DNA from: Eledone cirrhosa
Taxonomy: Eukaryota
Assembly: GCA_964016885.1 (NCBI GenBank)
Contig: OZ024743.1
Span: 291,896,001 to 291,960,000 of the forward strand
Direction of reading: 5' to 3'
Length of the DNA: 64,000 nt
Position numbers and translations under genes: made by a program. Of the stretch, positions 8,997-21,272 are shown one piece after another (position 1 is the first letter of the stretch; every line of letters starts with the position of its first letter). The notes below the pieces were generated by a model. It had not been told where the DNA came from. It did no database searches and worked only from the letters and a program-made list of their open reading frames with translations.

Positions 8997-9274
8997 GATT
9001 CCATTTATTAGCCAAAAGGGCCGACATGTAGGGGACAATACAAAGACAGGGACAGTGGGGGTTTACAATAAGGTCGAGTAAAAGTGCACAATGGCAAGAC
9101 TAATTTAACAATGAAAATATAAAAATATATAATAAACTATACATAAATATAACAAAATAAATTCCCCGGTAGGGGGCGGACGACCCTGGGGTGATTCGGG
9201 TACCCCACCAATCCTGAACCACCCTGCGCTTCTAGGGCACCCAGGAGAGCACTCCTCTCCTCAAGTTAGCCAGC

Positions 9275-12200
9275 CTATAGGCGCATGGTCAGAGTAGGCC
9301 CATTAACACGAGCCATTCTCGCCACATTCACCCACCTTTTAGCAAATGTACTGGGGGGCAGCACTTCTCTCTCCACCCTCACCCTCCTTTCCAGGTGAAA
9401 CTTGAAGAAGTTGATGAGGGATTGGCCGAAGAGAAAAGTGTCTGTGTTTAGTCCTTTCAACCTGGTCCACCATATAATCTCTTTCGCAACTGCCACAAGA
9501 CAGAGGAAAATGTCCTGCTCTTCCTGACCTAAGGAAGTTGGCGGCTCGATCTTCACTATGGACTCGGCCGATAGCCGGATTCGTTCCACACGCGACAGTA
9601 GCTGTTCGACATAACTACACAAGTCAGTAATGCACGGACATTGGAAAAGTGCGTGCAGAACGGTTTCGTCGTTCTGTGCGCATCTTGGGCAGGTCCGTCT
9701 GACAGCACTTCCGTGCTTGTAGAGTTTATCCCGAACCGGCAGTAACCCCGGCAGCCCTGCCAAGCGAGGGATTTCTGGAAATTGTCCATCGTCCCCGGCT
9801 CAAAAGTCCTCCGGTACAGACTGGTCAGTTCGACTTCGTCGAGGCCCAAAGCTTCTCCGAGTGCGTCATCGCACTTGCCCACCACTAATCCTCTATAGAA
9901 CTCGAGAGTGGAAGTTCCACTGATCGCATTGCCCGCTTGGTAGAGGGCAGTGAGTGCCTGGCAACATTCCAGGTGCCAGTCACCCAGTCTCGGTCTCTTC
10001 TTGACCCAGGACTGCAGCTCAGTCAAAGAAATGAGCTGCGGAAAGGCCCGTCTGATAAATGGCGACCACACCTGTTCACCATTGAGGCAGAATATCTGGA
10101 GATGCCGCAGCTTCAACGCATGTCTGCGCATCATTAGCCACGGCAAGACCAGCCCTCCGCGTAGAGGGTGCTGGCAGCAGATGGACCGCCTCACCAACGG
10201 AACTTTTCCCCTCCACAAGAATTTGAAGAGGAGCCGTTCCAAATTGACGAGGCGCCGACGGGGGCAAGGCACGACGGTTAGGTGGTAGTAGATGACGGAC
10301 GCGATGTACGCATTCGCCATCTCCGCGCGACCTTTCAGTGATAGCTTTCTCCCAGCCCATTTTTGGGTGAGACTGGCTACTCTGCTCGTTATCTCGTCCC
10401 AATTCTTTTCCACCTGGAGGTCTGGTTTAACCAAACCCCGAGCAACTTTACTGGTCCATCCGTCCAGCGCCCCACGACGCTGTTGGACAGAATGGGCTTG
10501 CCTCTCCAGGTTCTGAGCTGCAAGCCCACCGACTTTTCCGGGTTAAGTTTGGCTCCTGTCAACCTTTCATATTCCTTCAATAAGGTGCCGATCCCCTCGA
10601 TTTCTGAGGTGTTCGACACCATCATGGTGATGTCGTCCGCACAAGCCGACACCGCCTTTCCACGTCCCGGTTCGAGCGGGATGCCCTGCAACAGCTCCAG
10701 CTTCTGCAGTAAAGGCTCGACAGTCAATACGTACAGAAGGGAAGAGAGAGGGCACCATTGACGGACCGATCGGGAGAGCCGAAATGGTTCCGAGAGGTGG
10801 CCATTAACCTTGACCACCGAGCGTGTGCCGCTGTGCATTGCAACGATCCAGCTTCTAAAGAGAGGGCCGAAGCCAGCTGCTTTGAGGACAAACTCCAGAT
10901 ACCGATGGTCGACCCTATCGAATGCTTTCGATTGATCTAAATTGATCAGTGCCCCACCGAAGCCAGGTTTACACCCTACCCTCTCTATGATGTATCGCAT
11001 GAGGTGGAGATTGTCGTGTATGGACCTGGTTTGGATTGCGCAAGTTTGCGCCTCCCCAATCTCTTTGCTAACACTTTGGCCAAAATCTTAAACTTTGTGT
11101 TGAGCAGAGTTATGGGCCTGAAGTTGTCTAATGTATCCCTCTTGTTCTCGTCTTTCCTTATCAGCGTCACCACTCCCCTACTCACAGAACTGGGAATACT
11201 CCCATTCTGCTGTCAGTTACAGTAGAGTGCTTCGAGGAGTTCGGAGAACAAGTCTGGCATATTTACGTAAAGCTCGTAGGGCAGGCCATCCAAACCGGGT
11301 GACTTGCGCCTCATGCAGCCGACAAGGGCGTCCTGAATTTCGGCTGAAGTAATCGGCCTTTCGCAGCGCTCAGCGTCGACCGTCGAGATGCGCGGCAAGC
11401 CGTCAAGGTAGGGACTGAAATCCGCTACTCTCTCTGACTCGCCACTCTCCCTGAACAACCGAGCAAAGTGCTGGCGAAAGGCCTCACACATGCGCTTGGA
11501 ATCGCTTATCTCGTGTCCGTCTCGGTCCGCCAAAGACCGAATTGTGGTTTTATTACCACGCTGCGCCTCCGCCACGCGGGCCCATCGAACAGCTTTAGTT
11601 CCCTCGTTTCTCAGCGCACGCGCCTTAGCTCTGACAATGCAACCTTCGTGTTTGGCATTGAAGAAATGGTCTAATGCCATTCTCGCCGCTAGCACGTCAG
11701 TTGCGATGCCACTACAAATAGCCTCGTCTAACTTATCTACCAGCTCCCCCTCCTTTCTATTTTTCTCTAACGCTAGTTCTTTGCTGAACTCTATCGAAGT
11801 TACTCTAATCTCTCTTTTGAGAGCCCCCACCATCTGTTGTTGATGATCCCCCCTGTCAACTTTTGCTTAACTAACTTGTTGACTCGGTCCCTGTAAGCCT
11901 TACGTGCCGGAAATGACATGTTCAGCTTCCAGTAACCCGGTCCTAACCTACGCGTTTTATTTAGGTCGACCGTACAGATCACACATTTGTGATCTGAATA
12001 GGCGACCGTTTTAAAAGGTGGACAGCCCACACTATTTCTATCTATTTTCCTAATGAAGATTCTGTCTATATACGATCTAGATGACCCCATTCGGTTGGTC
12101 CATGTCCATACTGGCACATTGGGGAAATCTAGTCGATACCTGTCAGACAGTTGGAACTGGCTGAGTAGGTGCTTGAGGCTTTTGCACCGCCCGCTCCTAT

Positions 12201-12671
12201 CGGCTACTCCCACACAATCCCAGCGTGCATCTAAGATGCCATTCCAGTCCCCCGCTAACAGTAAAGGGCGAGACGTACCCAGAAAGGTCTCCAGGCGCCT
12301 AAAGAAGTCAGGTCGTCCGGCCCCTGTAGGGGGGTAGACGGCCAGCAGTCTAAAGGCACCACCTTCGCTACTGCTCACATCCAAGTCCACCAACTTACCG
12401 TCCGGGTCCCGGAAGATCGACCATACCTCGAAATCCAGTCCTTTCCTAAACAGCACTGCCACCCCACCCCCCATTCCCGGCCTGCAAACAGATGCGAAGA
12501 TCTGATAGTCGTCGAAAATGGGGGGTAGTGCGCTCGTGTCGGAAATTATGGTCTCTCCTACGGCAATCACATCCATTTCCAGCGACCGGAGGTCGCTGAG
12601 CAGGCGACCCTGCTTCCAGGGTGACCCCCCAGGCCGCGAACATTTAAACTTCCTACTCTTAATATGGCTAT
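9275..12671 (-). pseudogene. ORF2 pseudogene (EN-RT-zinc knuckle), copy C
   Basis: Fragments 11800-12576, 11213-11833, 10985-11185, 10389-11000, 9556-10434, 9275-9763 colinear with B ORF2; YADD reads CADD; presumed start ATG reads ATA at 12671. Confidence 0.92.
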
Positions 12672-12680
12672 ATTGGTAAG

Positions 12681-14655
12681 CTAAGAGAGAGAGAGGGAAG
12701 GTTTACTTACCTCCCGGGTCTTGTGAAGGTCGGGTGGTTCGACCTCCATGGTTGGTGGGGTTTCTTTTGGGAACCTCTTTAAAAGTCTTGATGTGGGTTT
12801 CCAATTCGGGTTTCCCACGCCTTGAGGAAAGCTCTCTCGAATTTCTTTGAAGGAATTGAGTGACATTCGGACCAGAAGCAAATCTTCTGGCACGCAATAT
12901 GTGCTCATTTCAAAAATCTCCCCCTCTGTTTGAATGTCCTCACTTCGCGCTAAGAGTGCCATCAGTTTATCGTTGGCCCTTCTGACAAGCACGAAGTTTT
13001 TAACATTTTGTTGGTGTGGTTTTATTTGTTTTCGTTTTGGTGAAGGTGGTGGCGATGATTTTGGTGGTCTTGTTTCGCGTATGTCTATGTTTGTCGTAGG
13101 TGTGGTGTCTGCAATTTCAGGTATTTGTGTGTTTATTTGTACTTGTGTTTGTTTAGGTTGTTTGCGTTTCGGGGATTCTAGAGGTGGTGTCGATGTTGCT
13201 GATGATGCTGATGTTATTGGGGAAGTGTTTTCGTTAGTGGTGTCTGTATTTTTTGTTGTGTGTGTTTTTGTGTTTTGTTGGGGCTTTTTTTTGTGAGTTT
13301 TCTGTTTTTTTTGCACTTTGGGGTTTTCCTTCATCTTCGCTGCTGGAAGACAAAGGGTCTGTGTCTGTGAGTGTCTCTGTGTCTGTGTGTGCATTTATTT
13401 TGTTTTTGTCTATGTGTATAATTGGGGGGGGGGTGGGAGAGCTTTCTACGTTTTCTCCTTGGATTGGTTTTGGTGTTGGTGTAGATCCGGCTGCTTTTGA
13501 TGTTGGTGTCCGTGTTTTTGTTGATGTTGGTTTTGGTGGTGGTGGTGGTGCAGCTTTCCGTGCTGACACTGGCGTTGGCAACAAAGGAGGTTTGCGACCC
13601 CCTGCATTTTTGCGCTGAGGGCAGAAGGCTTGAAGATGCGTTGCTTCCCCGCAAACGAAGCAGCGTGGCGTTCTTCCGTCAATCATTAGTTGGATTGTTG
13701 TCCCGTCCTGCAGGCGGGAAAAATCTGGGATGTTATTCGTATCCTCCGGTTTCATTTGGAGAAGAATCTCCAAATCCATTCCGGACCAGTCCTCTCTCTC
13801 TGTCCTTTTGATGTCCAGGAGGGTGGTGTCTGTCCCCTCCTCGATTGCGCATCCCAGCAGCCACCATATGTTCATTCCTGGTGGGATGCTGGGAATGCGT
13901 ACCTTCACTGTCCTTTTACCCATATAGGACGGATGCATGATAATGCGTTCCGTTCTGGAGGGGGTCACCGAGTGCTTAATAGCGAGGGCCTCGGTTTTGA
14001 ACAGTACCGAGATGGTACCGAACTGTTTGCCTCTTGCTTTGTACTCTATGTTACTTCCGATGTACTCCAAAGCAGCCTCTACCTCTGCTTGGCTCGCAAG
14101 TTCCACTTTTCGTGTCTGCACCGAAATACATCGAAAGAGCACCGTCCTCCTTTGCATGGCCGCTATTGCCTCGTCCGGGATGGTCAGGTTTGCCCAGGAA
14201 TTCTCCCGTTTAATTAGCCTCCACGCTTTGGCCAACTGTTCGTCTTTATCGCTAATATCAATATCAATATTCAATAAGCGCTTTGTTTTTGCTGCTGCTG
14301 CAGCAAATGTGGTGTTTCTGATGCTCTTATTGTTGTTGTTGTCATTCTTGCTGTTGCCACCGCCATCTTTGTTTACATTGAAGCTGTCGGTGCTATTGTC
14401 GTTATTGCTCTGAGTTGTTGTTGTTGTGGTGGTGGTGGTGGTGGTGGTGTTGGCGGTGGTGGTGATGTCGTTTTCAGATGATACTGCTGCTATGGCAGAA
14501 GGTTGTGATGGTAGCTTTTTAGTTTTGCCTTCACATTCAGTAGAGTGGATGACAGGCATGACTGAGGCCGTCGTAGTCGTGGTGAAATATGCAGTGGCTG
14601 CCTTTAAACTTTTGATCTGAACGTTGTTTACCGTTTCAAGGTCGAAAATTTCCAT
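12681..14655 (-). pseudogene. ORF1 of copy C, frameshifted (13234-14655 plus 12681-13394)
   Basis: CFVCGEATHLQAFC knuckle and KPPLLPTP in the first frame; C-terminal block (..IRESFPQGVG) in the second frame. Confidence 0.82.
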
Positions 14656-14880
14656 AATATTTTCTGGGGTGGGGAAGCGATTTTTTTCGAAGTTTTTAAA
14701 AAATAAATATGATTATTCGGGCTTAAAGCCCGAATATTGAGAGGTATCCCTCTCTTTAAATCAAGATGTGTACCTTAAGTTTCGTTAATGACAAGAAAAG
14801 ATAAAAAAGACACTTTAAAACAGCTTAAAGCTACGAACCTTTTCCCCCGCAGACTTGTCTGTCTTCACACATGTGCGGCC

Positions 14881-14951
<71 letters not shown>
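14881..14951. repeat. (ATA)n tract (71 nt) between copies D and C
   Basis: Perfect run after the 3' end of copy D. Confidence 0.95.
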
Positions 14952-14952
<1 letters not shown>

Positions 14953-15910
14953 TTTTCATTTATTAGCCACAAAGACCGACATGTAGCGGACAATACAAAG
15001 ACAGGGACAGTGGGGGTTTACAATAAGGTCGAGTAAAAGTGCATAATGGCAAGACTAATTTAACAATGAATATATAACATTATAAAATAAACTATGCATA
15101 AATATAACAAAATAAATTCCCCGGTAGGGGGTGGACGACCCTGGGGCGACTTGGGTACCCCACCAATCCTGACACCACCCCCACCCCCTGTGCTTCTAGC
15201 GCACCCAGGGAGAGCACCCCTCTCCTCAAGTTAGCCAGCCTATAGGCGCATGGTCAGTGTAGGCCCATTCACACGAGCCATTCTCGCCACATTCATCCAC
15301 CTTTCAGCAAATGTACTGGGGGGAAGCACTTCTCTCTCAACCCTCACCTTCCTTTCTAGGTGAAACTTCAAGAAGTTGATGAGGGATTGGCCGAAGAGAA
15401 AAGTGTCTGTCCTCAGTCCTTTTAATCTGGGCCACCATATAACCTCTTTCGCAACTGCCACCAGACAGAGGAAAATTCCTGCTCTTTCTGACCTAAGGAA
15501 GGCGGCGGGTCGATCTTCACTATGGACTCAGCCGATAGCCGGACTCTTTCCACACACGACAGTAGCTGTTTGACATAACTACAAAAGTCAGTAATGCACG
15601 GACATTGGACAAGTGCGTGCAGAACGGTTTCGTCGTTCTGTGCGCATCTTGGGTAGGTCCGTCTGACAGCACGTCCGTGCCTGTAGAGTTTATCCCGAAC
15701 CGGCAGTACCCCCCGGTAGCACTGCCAAGCGAGGTATTTCTGGAAATTCTCCATCGTCCCCGGCTCGAAAGTCCTCTGGTATAGACTGGTCAGTTCGACC
15801 TCGTCGAGGCCCAAAGCTTCTCCGAGTGCGTCATCGCACTTGCCCACCACTAAACCTCTATAGAACTCGAGAGTGGAAGTTCCACTGATCACATTGCCCG
15901 CTTGGTAAAG
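14952..15910 (-). mobile_element. 5'-truncated Tx1 copy D (same family as C)
   Basis: Highly similar to 8997-9945; breaks off at GCCCGCTTGGTAAAG next to ATAATAAT. Confidence 0.92.
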
Positions 15911-15918
15911 ATAATAAT

Positions 15919-16016
15919 TGTTTCTACTTTAGGCACAAGGCCAGCAATTAACCAGTGCATTACTGGTACTTTATTTTATCGACCCCGTAAAGATGAAAGG
16001 CAAAGTCAACCTTGGA
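15919..16016 (-). mobile_element. Short SINE-like insertion with 17-bp target-site duplication
   Basis: TTGGTAAAGATAATAAT at 15902-15918 and 16017-16033; the insert reads (minus) GACTTTGCCTTTCATC..GGGGTCGATAAAATAAAGTACCAG..GGCCTTGTGCCTAAAGTAGAAAC, which resembles cephalopod SINE core and tail (from memory). Confidence 0.75.
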
Positions 16017-16033
16017 TTGGTAAAGATAATAAT

Positions 16034-19000
16034 GGTTTCTGCATTGGCCACAACACGAAGAAAAACATTAGAGGCGGCAAGAACAGTACAGGACGATACA
16101 AACTGGGTTTTGGTCATGTAAACAGGTTATAACAATTTGGGTTAGAAATCAAAAGAATTCAAACAACAAAAATTCCCCCAAAAGGGGGAATCTTTGAGGG
16201 TCACTCGTGGCGAAAACCACACGAAAAATTCACGTTAACCCTGACCACCAGGGCAAGCACCCTCTCTCACTTTTCCCACTCCTCAGTCTACAGGTACATA
16301 CTCAGAGCGGGCCCGTTGATGCGGAGCAGACGCGCCACTTTCACCCAACTTTCAACAAACTTACTAGAAGACACCACTTGACTTTCCTCTTCAAGTGAAA
16401 CTTGAAAAAGTTAATAAGGGATTAGCCGAAGAGGAAAGTGTCCGTCTTCAACACTTTCAACCTTTCCCACACACAATCTCTTTCGTCATGGCCACCAGGC
16501 CGATAAAAACTGCCTGCCCTTCCTCCTCTTTAAAGGAGGATGGTGGGGCTATCTTCACAATGGAATCAGTCGATAACAGGATCTATCCTACATGCGACAC
16601 CAGCTGTTCGACATAGCCTCACAAGTCAGCAACACTCGGGCACTGAACGAGTGCGTGCAGGACGGTTTCGTCGCCCCGCGCGCATCTCGGACTGAGTCGT
16701 CTGACACTCCGTGCCTGTAGAGCTTATCCCGAACCGGCAACGCTCCCCGGTAGCACTGCAAGGCCAGGGATTTATGGAAGTTGTCCATAGGCCCCGGTCT
16801 GAAAGTTCTCTCGAAGAGAGCGAACTACTGTTCGTCTTCGACGCCCGGGGTCTCCTCGAGAACGTCGTCGCTCTTTCCCTCCACTAGCCCTCTATAGAAC
16901 GCAGAATTGGATGTTCCACCGATAATAGTGCCCAGCTGGTAGAGGTTGGTGAGACATTCCAGCTTCCAAGCGCTATCCGTCGGGCTTTTCCTGATCCAGG
17001 ACTGCAGATCCATCAAGGAGATGAGCTGGGGAAAAGTGCCTCTGGCAAACGGCGACCACACCTGTTCACCGTCAAGAAAACACCAGAGATGTCGCAGCTC
17101 GGCGCATTTTTGCGCATCATCAGCCACGGCATGCCAAGTCCTACACGCAACGGGTGTTGACAGCAAATGGATCGTCTGAACATGGGAGCACGTCCCCTCC
17201 ACAAAAAGCGGAAGAGAAGGCGGTCCATTTTGCTCAGAGTTGGGCGGGAGCAAGGTACGACGGTCAGGCGGTAGCAGATGACGGAGGCGATGTACGCATT
17301 CGCCACCTCCGCATTTGGACAGCATGGACTTGCCTCTCCAGGTGCCGAGTTGCAAGCCCACCAACCTTTCCTGGTTTATCTTTGCTCCTGTCAGCGCTTC
17401 GTATTCCTTGAGAGCGGTGCCGAGCATCTGGACGTGTTTTGGGCTCGACACCACCACGATGACGTCGTCGGCGTTAGCTGAAACGGATCTCCCGCATCCC
17501 AATTCGCGTGGGACACCCCCCATCGTCTCCTATTTCTGCAGTAACGGCTCCAGGGCCAGTACGTACAAGAGGGACGAGAGGGGGCAACCCTGGCGGGCGA
17601 GAGCATGATGCTGAAAGGCTCACAATCGAGCAGATGTCGCTTTGCTAAAAACGGGCCCGAAGCCGGCCGCCTCGAGGACCACAGTTAGGTACCGATGGTC
17701 GAACCTATCAAATGCTTTAGATTGATCCAAGTTAATCAGGGTCCCACCAATGCCAGGATCCTTAACCACCCTCTTAATGATGTATCACAGGAGATGGAGG
17801 TTGTCGTGGATGGATCTGTCCAGAATGGCGCCTCTCCAACCAGATAACCGACGACAAGCGTCAATCCCTTTGCTAACACCTTGGCTATAATCTTAAACTC
17901 TGCTTTTAGCAGAGTTATGGGCCTGAAGCTGTCTATAACGTCCCCCTTGTTCGCGTCTTTTCTCAGCAGCGCCACCGCTCGCCGGCTCACAAAACTGGTA
18001 ATGCTCCCGTTCTGCTGCCAATTGCAGTGGAAATCTGCCAAGAGGTCGCCTAACAAGTCTGGCATATACTCATAAGGCTCGTAGGGCAGACCATCCAAAC
18101 ATTGCGATTTACCGCTTCGTGCAGTCAGACATCGGTGCCCGTATTTCACCTGCTGTTATAGGCTTTTCTCTACACTTCGCTACGGTCGTCGAGAACCGCG
18201 GCAGTCCATCGAGGTATGCACCGAAGTCCATACTCCTATCCGGCCCACAGCCAATCCCGAACAATTGAGCAAAGTGCTGTTGAAAAGCCGTACACTTCTG
18301 CTCGGTTTCGAGCAGCATGCGCCCGTTTTGATCAGGCAAAGACCGTATTGTGGACTTGTTGCCACGTCGTGCCTCCTCCACCCGGGCCCATTGAACGGCT
18401 TTCGTCCTCTCGTGTCTTGGAGCACGCACACTGACAACGCAGCCTTCATGCTTTGCGTAGAAGAATTGGGCGAGTGCCAATCTCGCCGCAAACACGTCGG
18501 TTGCGATGCCTGTCCTAAACGCCTCTTCCAGCTTTCTAACTAAGTCTCGCTCTACTCTATTTTCATCTATCTCTACTCCTTTGCTAAACCTTATCGATTC
18601 TACTTTAATAGCTTTTTTCAGGGTAAACCACCACCTGTTGTTGACGATCGCACCCGTCTATGAACGCTTAATTAATTCGCTAATCCGGTCTCTGTAGGCT
18701 TTGTGCGCCGGGAAGGACGTGTTCGCCCGTTGGGGCGAAGATGGCTACTAGCCTGAAAGCATTGCCTTTGCTGCCGGTGACGTCCAGCTCGACGGACTTA
18801 CCTTCTGGGTTCAGGAAGATCCAAGCCTCGCCGAAAAACACGGCAACTCCTCCCCCCGAACCTTGACGGCTGGGCGATTTGTATACATCGTAGCCGCCGA
18901 AGATCGGTGCGAAGGCTCGTGCTTCGGAGATTTTGTCTCGCTGATGGTCACCATATCTATATTTAGTGACCTGAGGTCGTTGAGCAGATGACCCTGATTT

Positions 19001-21247
19001 CAAGATGACCCCAGGCTACATACCTTTTTACTGCCTATTCTAAGTACGGCCATGTAGGATGAGAAACGGGGTAAGTGAGAAAAGATCACTTACATTGATC
19101 GTGTGGTGAAGGGACAGCTGGTCATGGGTGTTTCCATGAGGATGTCGGTGTATATCCTTTTGGTAACCGACCCTCTGAAGTCTCCAACTGCGTTGGGGAA
19201 TTTCTGTTTTAAAAGTTTGTAATGTTCTATTTTGATTTCAATGATGCTTATGTTTGTCGGGAGAGTTCTTGGTGTTGGAGGGGTGTAATAAATTTCTCTA
19301 TGATGTCTGTGTGCTGCTTTATATGTTGTAAGAGTTCTTTACTTGCCATGTTTATAGCTGTGTACTTTTTGGGGGGAGGGGCGATTTTGTTGCCGTTTTC
19401 TTGTTGTTGCTATTGGGTGTGTTTTTTTTTGTTGTGCCTGCGATGTTGGTGTTTTTGGTGATGCTGGTGGTGGTATGGTTGGTGTTGGTGGTGATGCTTG
19501 TGGTGGTGATGGTGATGGTTATGGTGTTGCTGCAAGTCTCCTTGCAGCCTTTACCCCTCTTTGTCTGCCTTCGCTTTTGGAGGGTGAAGCTAAGGGATTT
19601 TTCTCTTTTGCTTTTTGGTGGCAGACCGTTTGCCACTTCCCTCGCGTCTCACACTCCCTGACGGAACCCACGGCGTCCGGAAGGGGCATGAGCTCCACTA
19701 CTGTTGGTGGTGGTAGTGGAGCCCGCTCCGGCGATTTTACCGCCGATGTAGCTACTGCGACTGTCGGTGTTGCTGCCACTGCTACCGCTGCTTTAGTTGT
19801 CTGTGGATTTGCTATGGGTGCCACAGGCGTTGCCCTCTTACTCACCATGGAAGGGTCTTGTAGCAGCGTATCAGGCGTAGGAAGGAGAGGCCCTACTTGG
19901 CTGTCTTCTGCGGGCAGAAGGCCCTGATTTGACTCTCCTGCCCACAGAGATAACATTTTGGGTTCTTTCCTTCCACGCTTATATGGAGTTGGAGCATTTC
20001 TGCGACGTCTATGATGTCTCGATGGCCTCGATGCACTCCTGGTCAGTCTGTATTAGCATTTGTATGCCTATTCCTGACCAGTTCTCTCTTCCCATTCTCT
20101 GTATTTGCAGAATGGTGCTCTTCTCCTCGATTCCAGCCAGTACAGACGCGGCCAGCCAAGGTATGGGCAAGTCGGGCGGGACCTAGGTCACTTTGACCCT
20201 CACAATGTTCTGCCCGCAGTAGGAGGGCACCAAGATTATCTCCTCACTCTTTAGGGTTTCCAAAGCGTGAGACTTCGCCTTTTGGTGGGTGGCGAAAAGT
20301 ACGTCTCCTGTGGCGTAATTCTTGCCTCGGGTTATGCGGGTTTTGCGGGCCCAGACGCACCCCAAGGTCTTTGGGATTTGAGCCTCCCTGGCTCTCTCCA
20401 CCCGATGTGAAATTTTGCTTACGGTGCGGTAATTCACCGTGCGCAGCTGCTGGTCTTTGAAGAAATCGGGTGGAGGTCTCAGGGAAACTCTATTGTCGTT
20501 CTTCGACACCATGGCTCTTGCGATTGCCATTTCCTCCTCCGTGACTAGCACTGTCTCCATATTTCGGGCCACACCTGAGAAATGAGTGGCCCCTTTTTCA
20601 GCGGCACCACTATTGCTGCCGCTACTGCTGCTACTGGTTTTGTTGGTGCTGTTGTTGTTGCTACTGCTACAAGCGGTGATGCTGGTGTTGTTACTGTTAT
20701 CACCTTTGTAGTTGGTTGTGTTTTTCGTGCCACCGTTGTTGTTGTTTTCGGTGCAACTTGTATCGTTGCTGTTGGTGTTGTCGTTGTTTATTATTTTCTT
20801 GTTAGTGGTGTTAATATCATCGTTGCATTTGTTGTCATTTTTTTTTGTTGTCTGTATTTTGGTTGACGCTGTTATTTTTGTAGTTGATGTGGTAATTTTT
20901 TCAAAATTAGGGTTTTCAGTGTTGTCTTTTGTTCACGTTGTTTTGGGCGGTGGCTGTCGTATGTATTTCACTAACCCTCCTGTCAACTTTTAAGCCGTTG
21001 TCAAACGACAGCAGATATATTGCTGAGGGGCGTGGCTCAGCCATGTTTTTTTTAAATAATTTTTTTTTTTAAAGTAAAATGTTCAAATATTTGTGCCAAA
21101 TGGCCCAAATATTATACTTTCCCCTTCACAGCGCAAAGTCTAAGGGCTTATATTCCTGATACAACAAGAAATATTTAACAACAAATAATTTTAACAGGCA
21201 AATAAAGAGACTTACTGGGGGCGAGCAAAAAGCGCCCGAACAGACCG
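16034..21247 (-). mobile_element. Heavily decayed full-span Tx1 copy E (third family)
   Basis: ORF1 ATG 21044, ORF1 fragments 19091-21044, ORF2 ATG 19053 with many frameshifts and internal deletions down to ~16288; 3'UTR similar to B; (ATA)n at 21248-21272. Confidence 0.9.
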
Positions 21248-21272
21248 ATAATAATAATAATAATAATAATAA

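Larger units (their letters stand above)
8997..14880 (-). mobile_element. Full-length, moderately decayed Tx1-clade element, copy C (second family)
   Basis: 5'UTR, ORF1 split by one frameshift, ORF2 in six or more fragments homologous to B, 3'UTR with AATAAA; flanked by (AAT)n. Confidence 0.93.

Noticed and set aside
13280-13435. Programmed frameshift within copy C ORF1
   Set aside because: Lies among homopolymer runs in a decayed copy; A and B encode the same region in one frame.
16-20993. Plus-strand and alternate-frame ORFs overlapping the Tx1 copies
   Set aside because: Shadows of GC-rich ORF2 and trinucleotide-rich ORF1; they recur only because the elements are homologous.
1-21247. Array as a telomere-maintenance system like HeT-A/TART
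   Set aside because: No telomeric repeats or chromosome end visible, and the apparently youngest copies lie on the 3' side, opposite to the Drosophila polarity.
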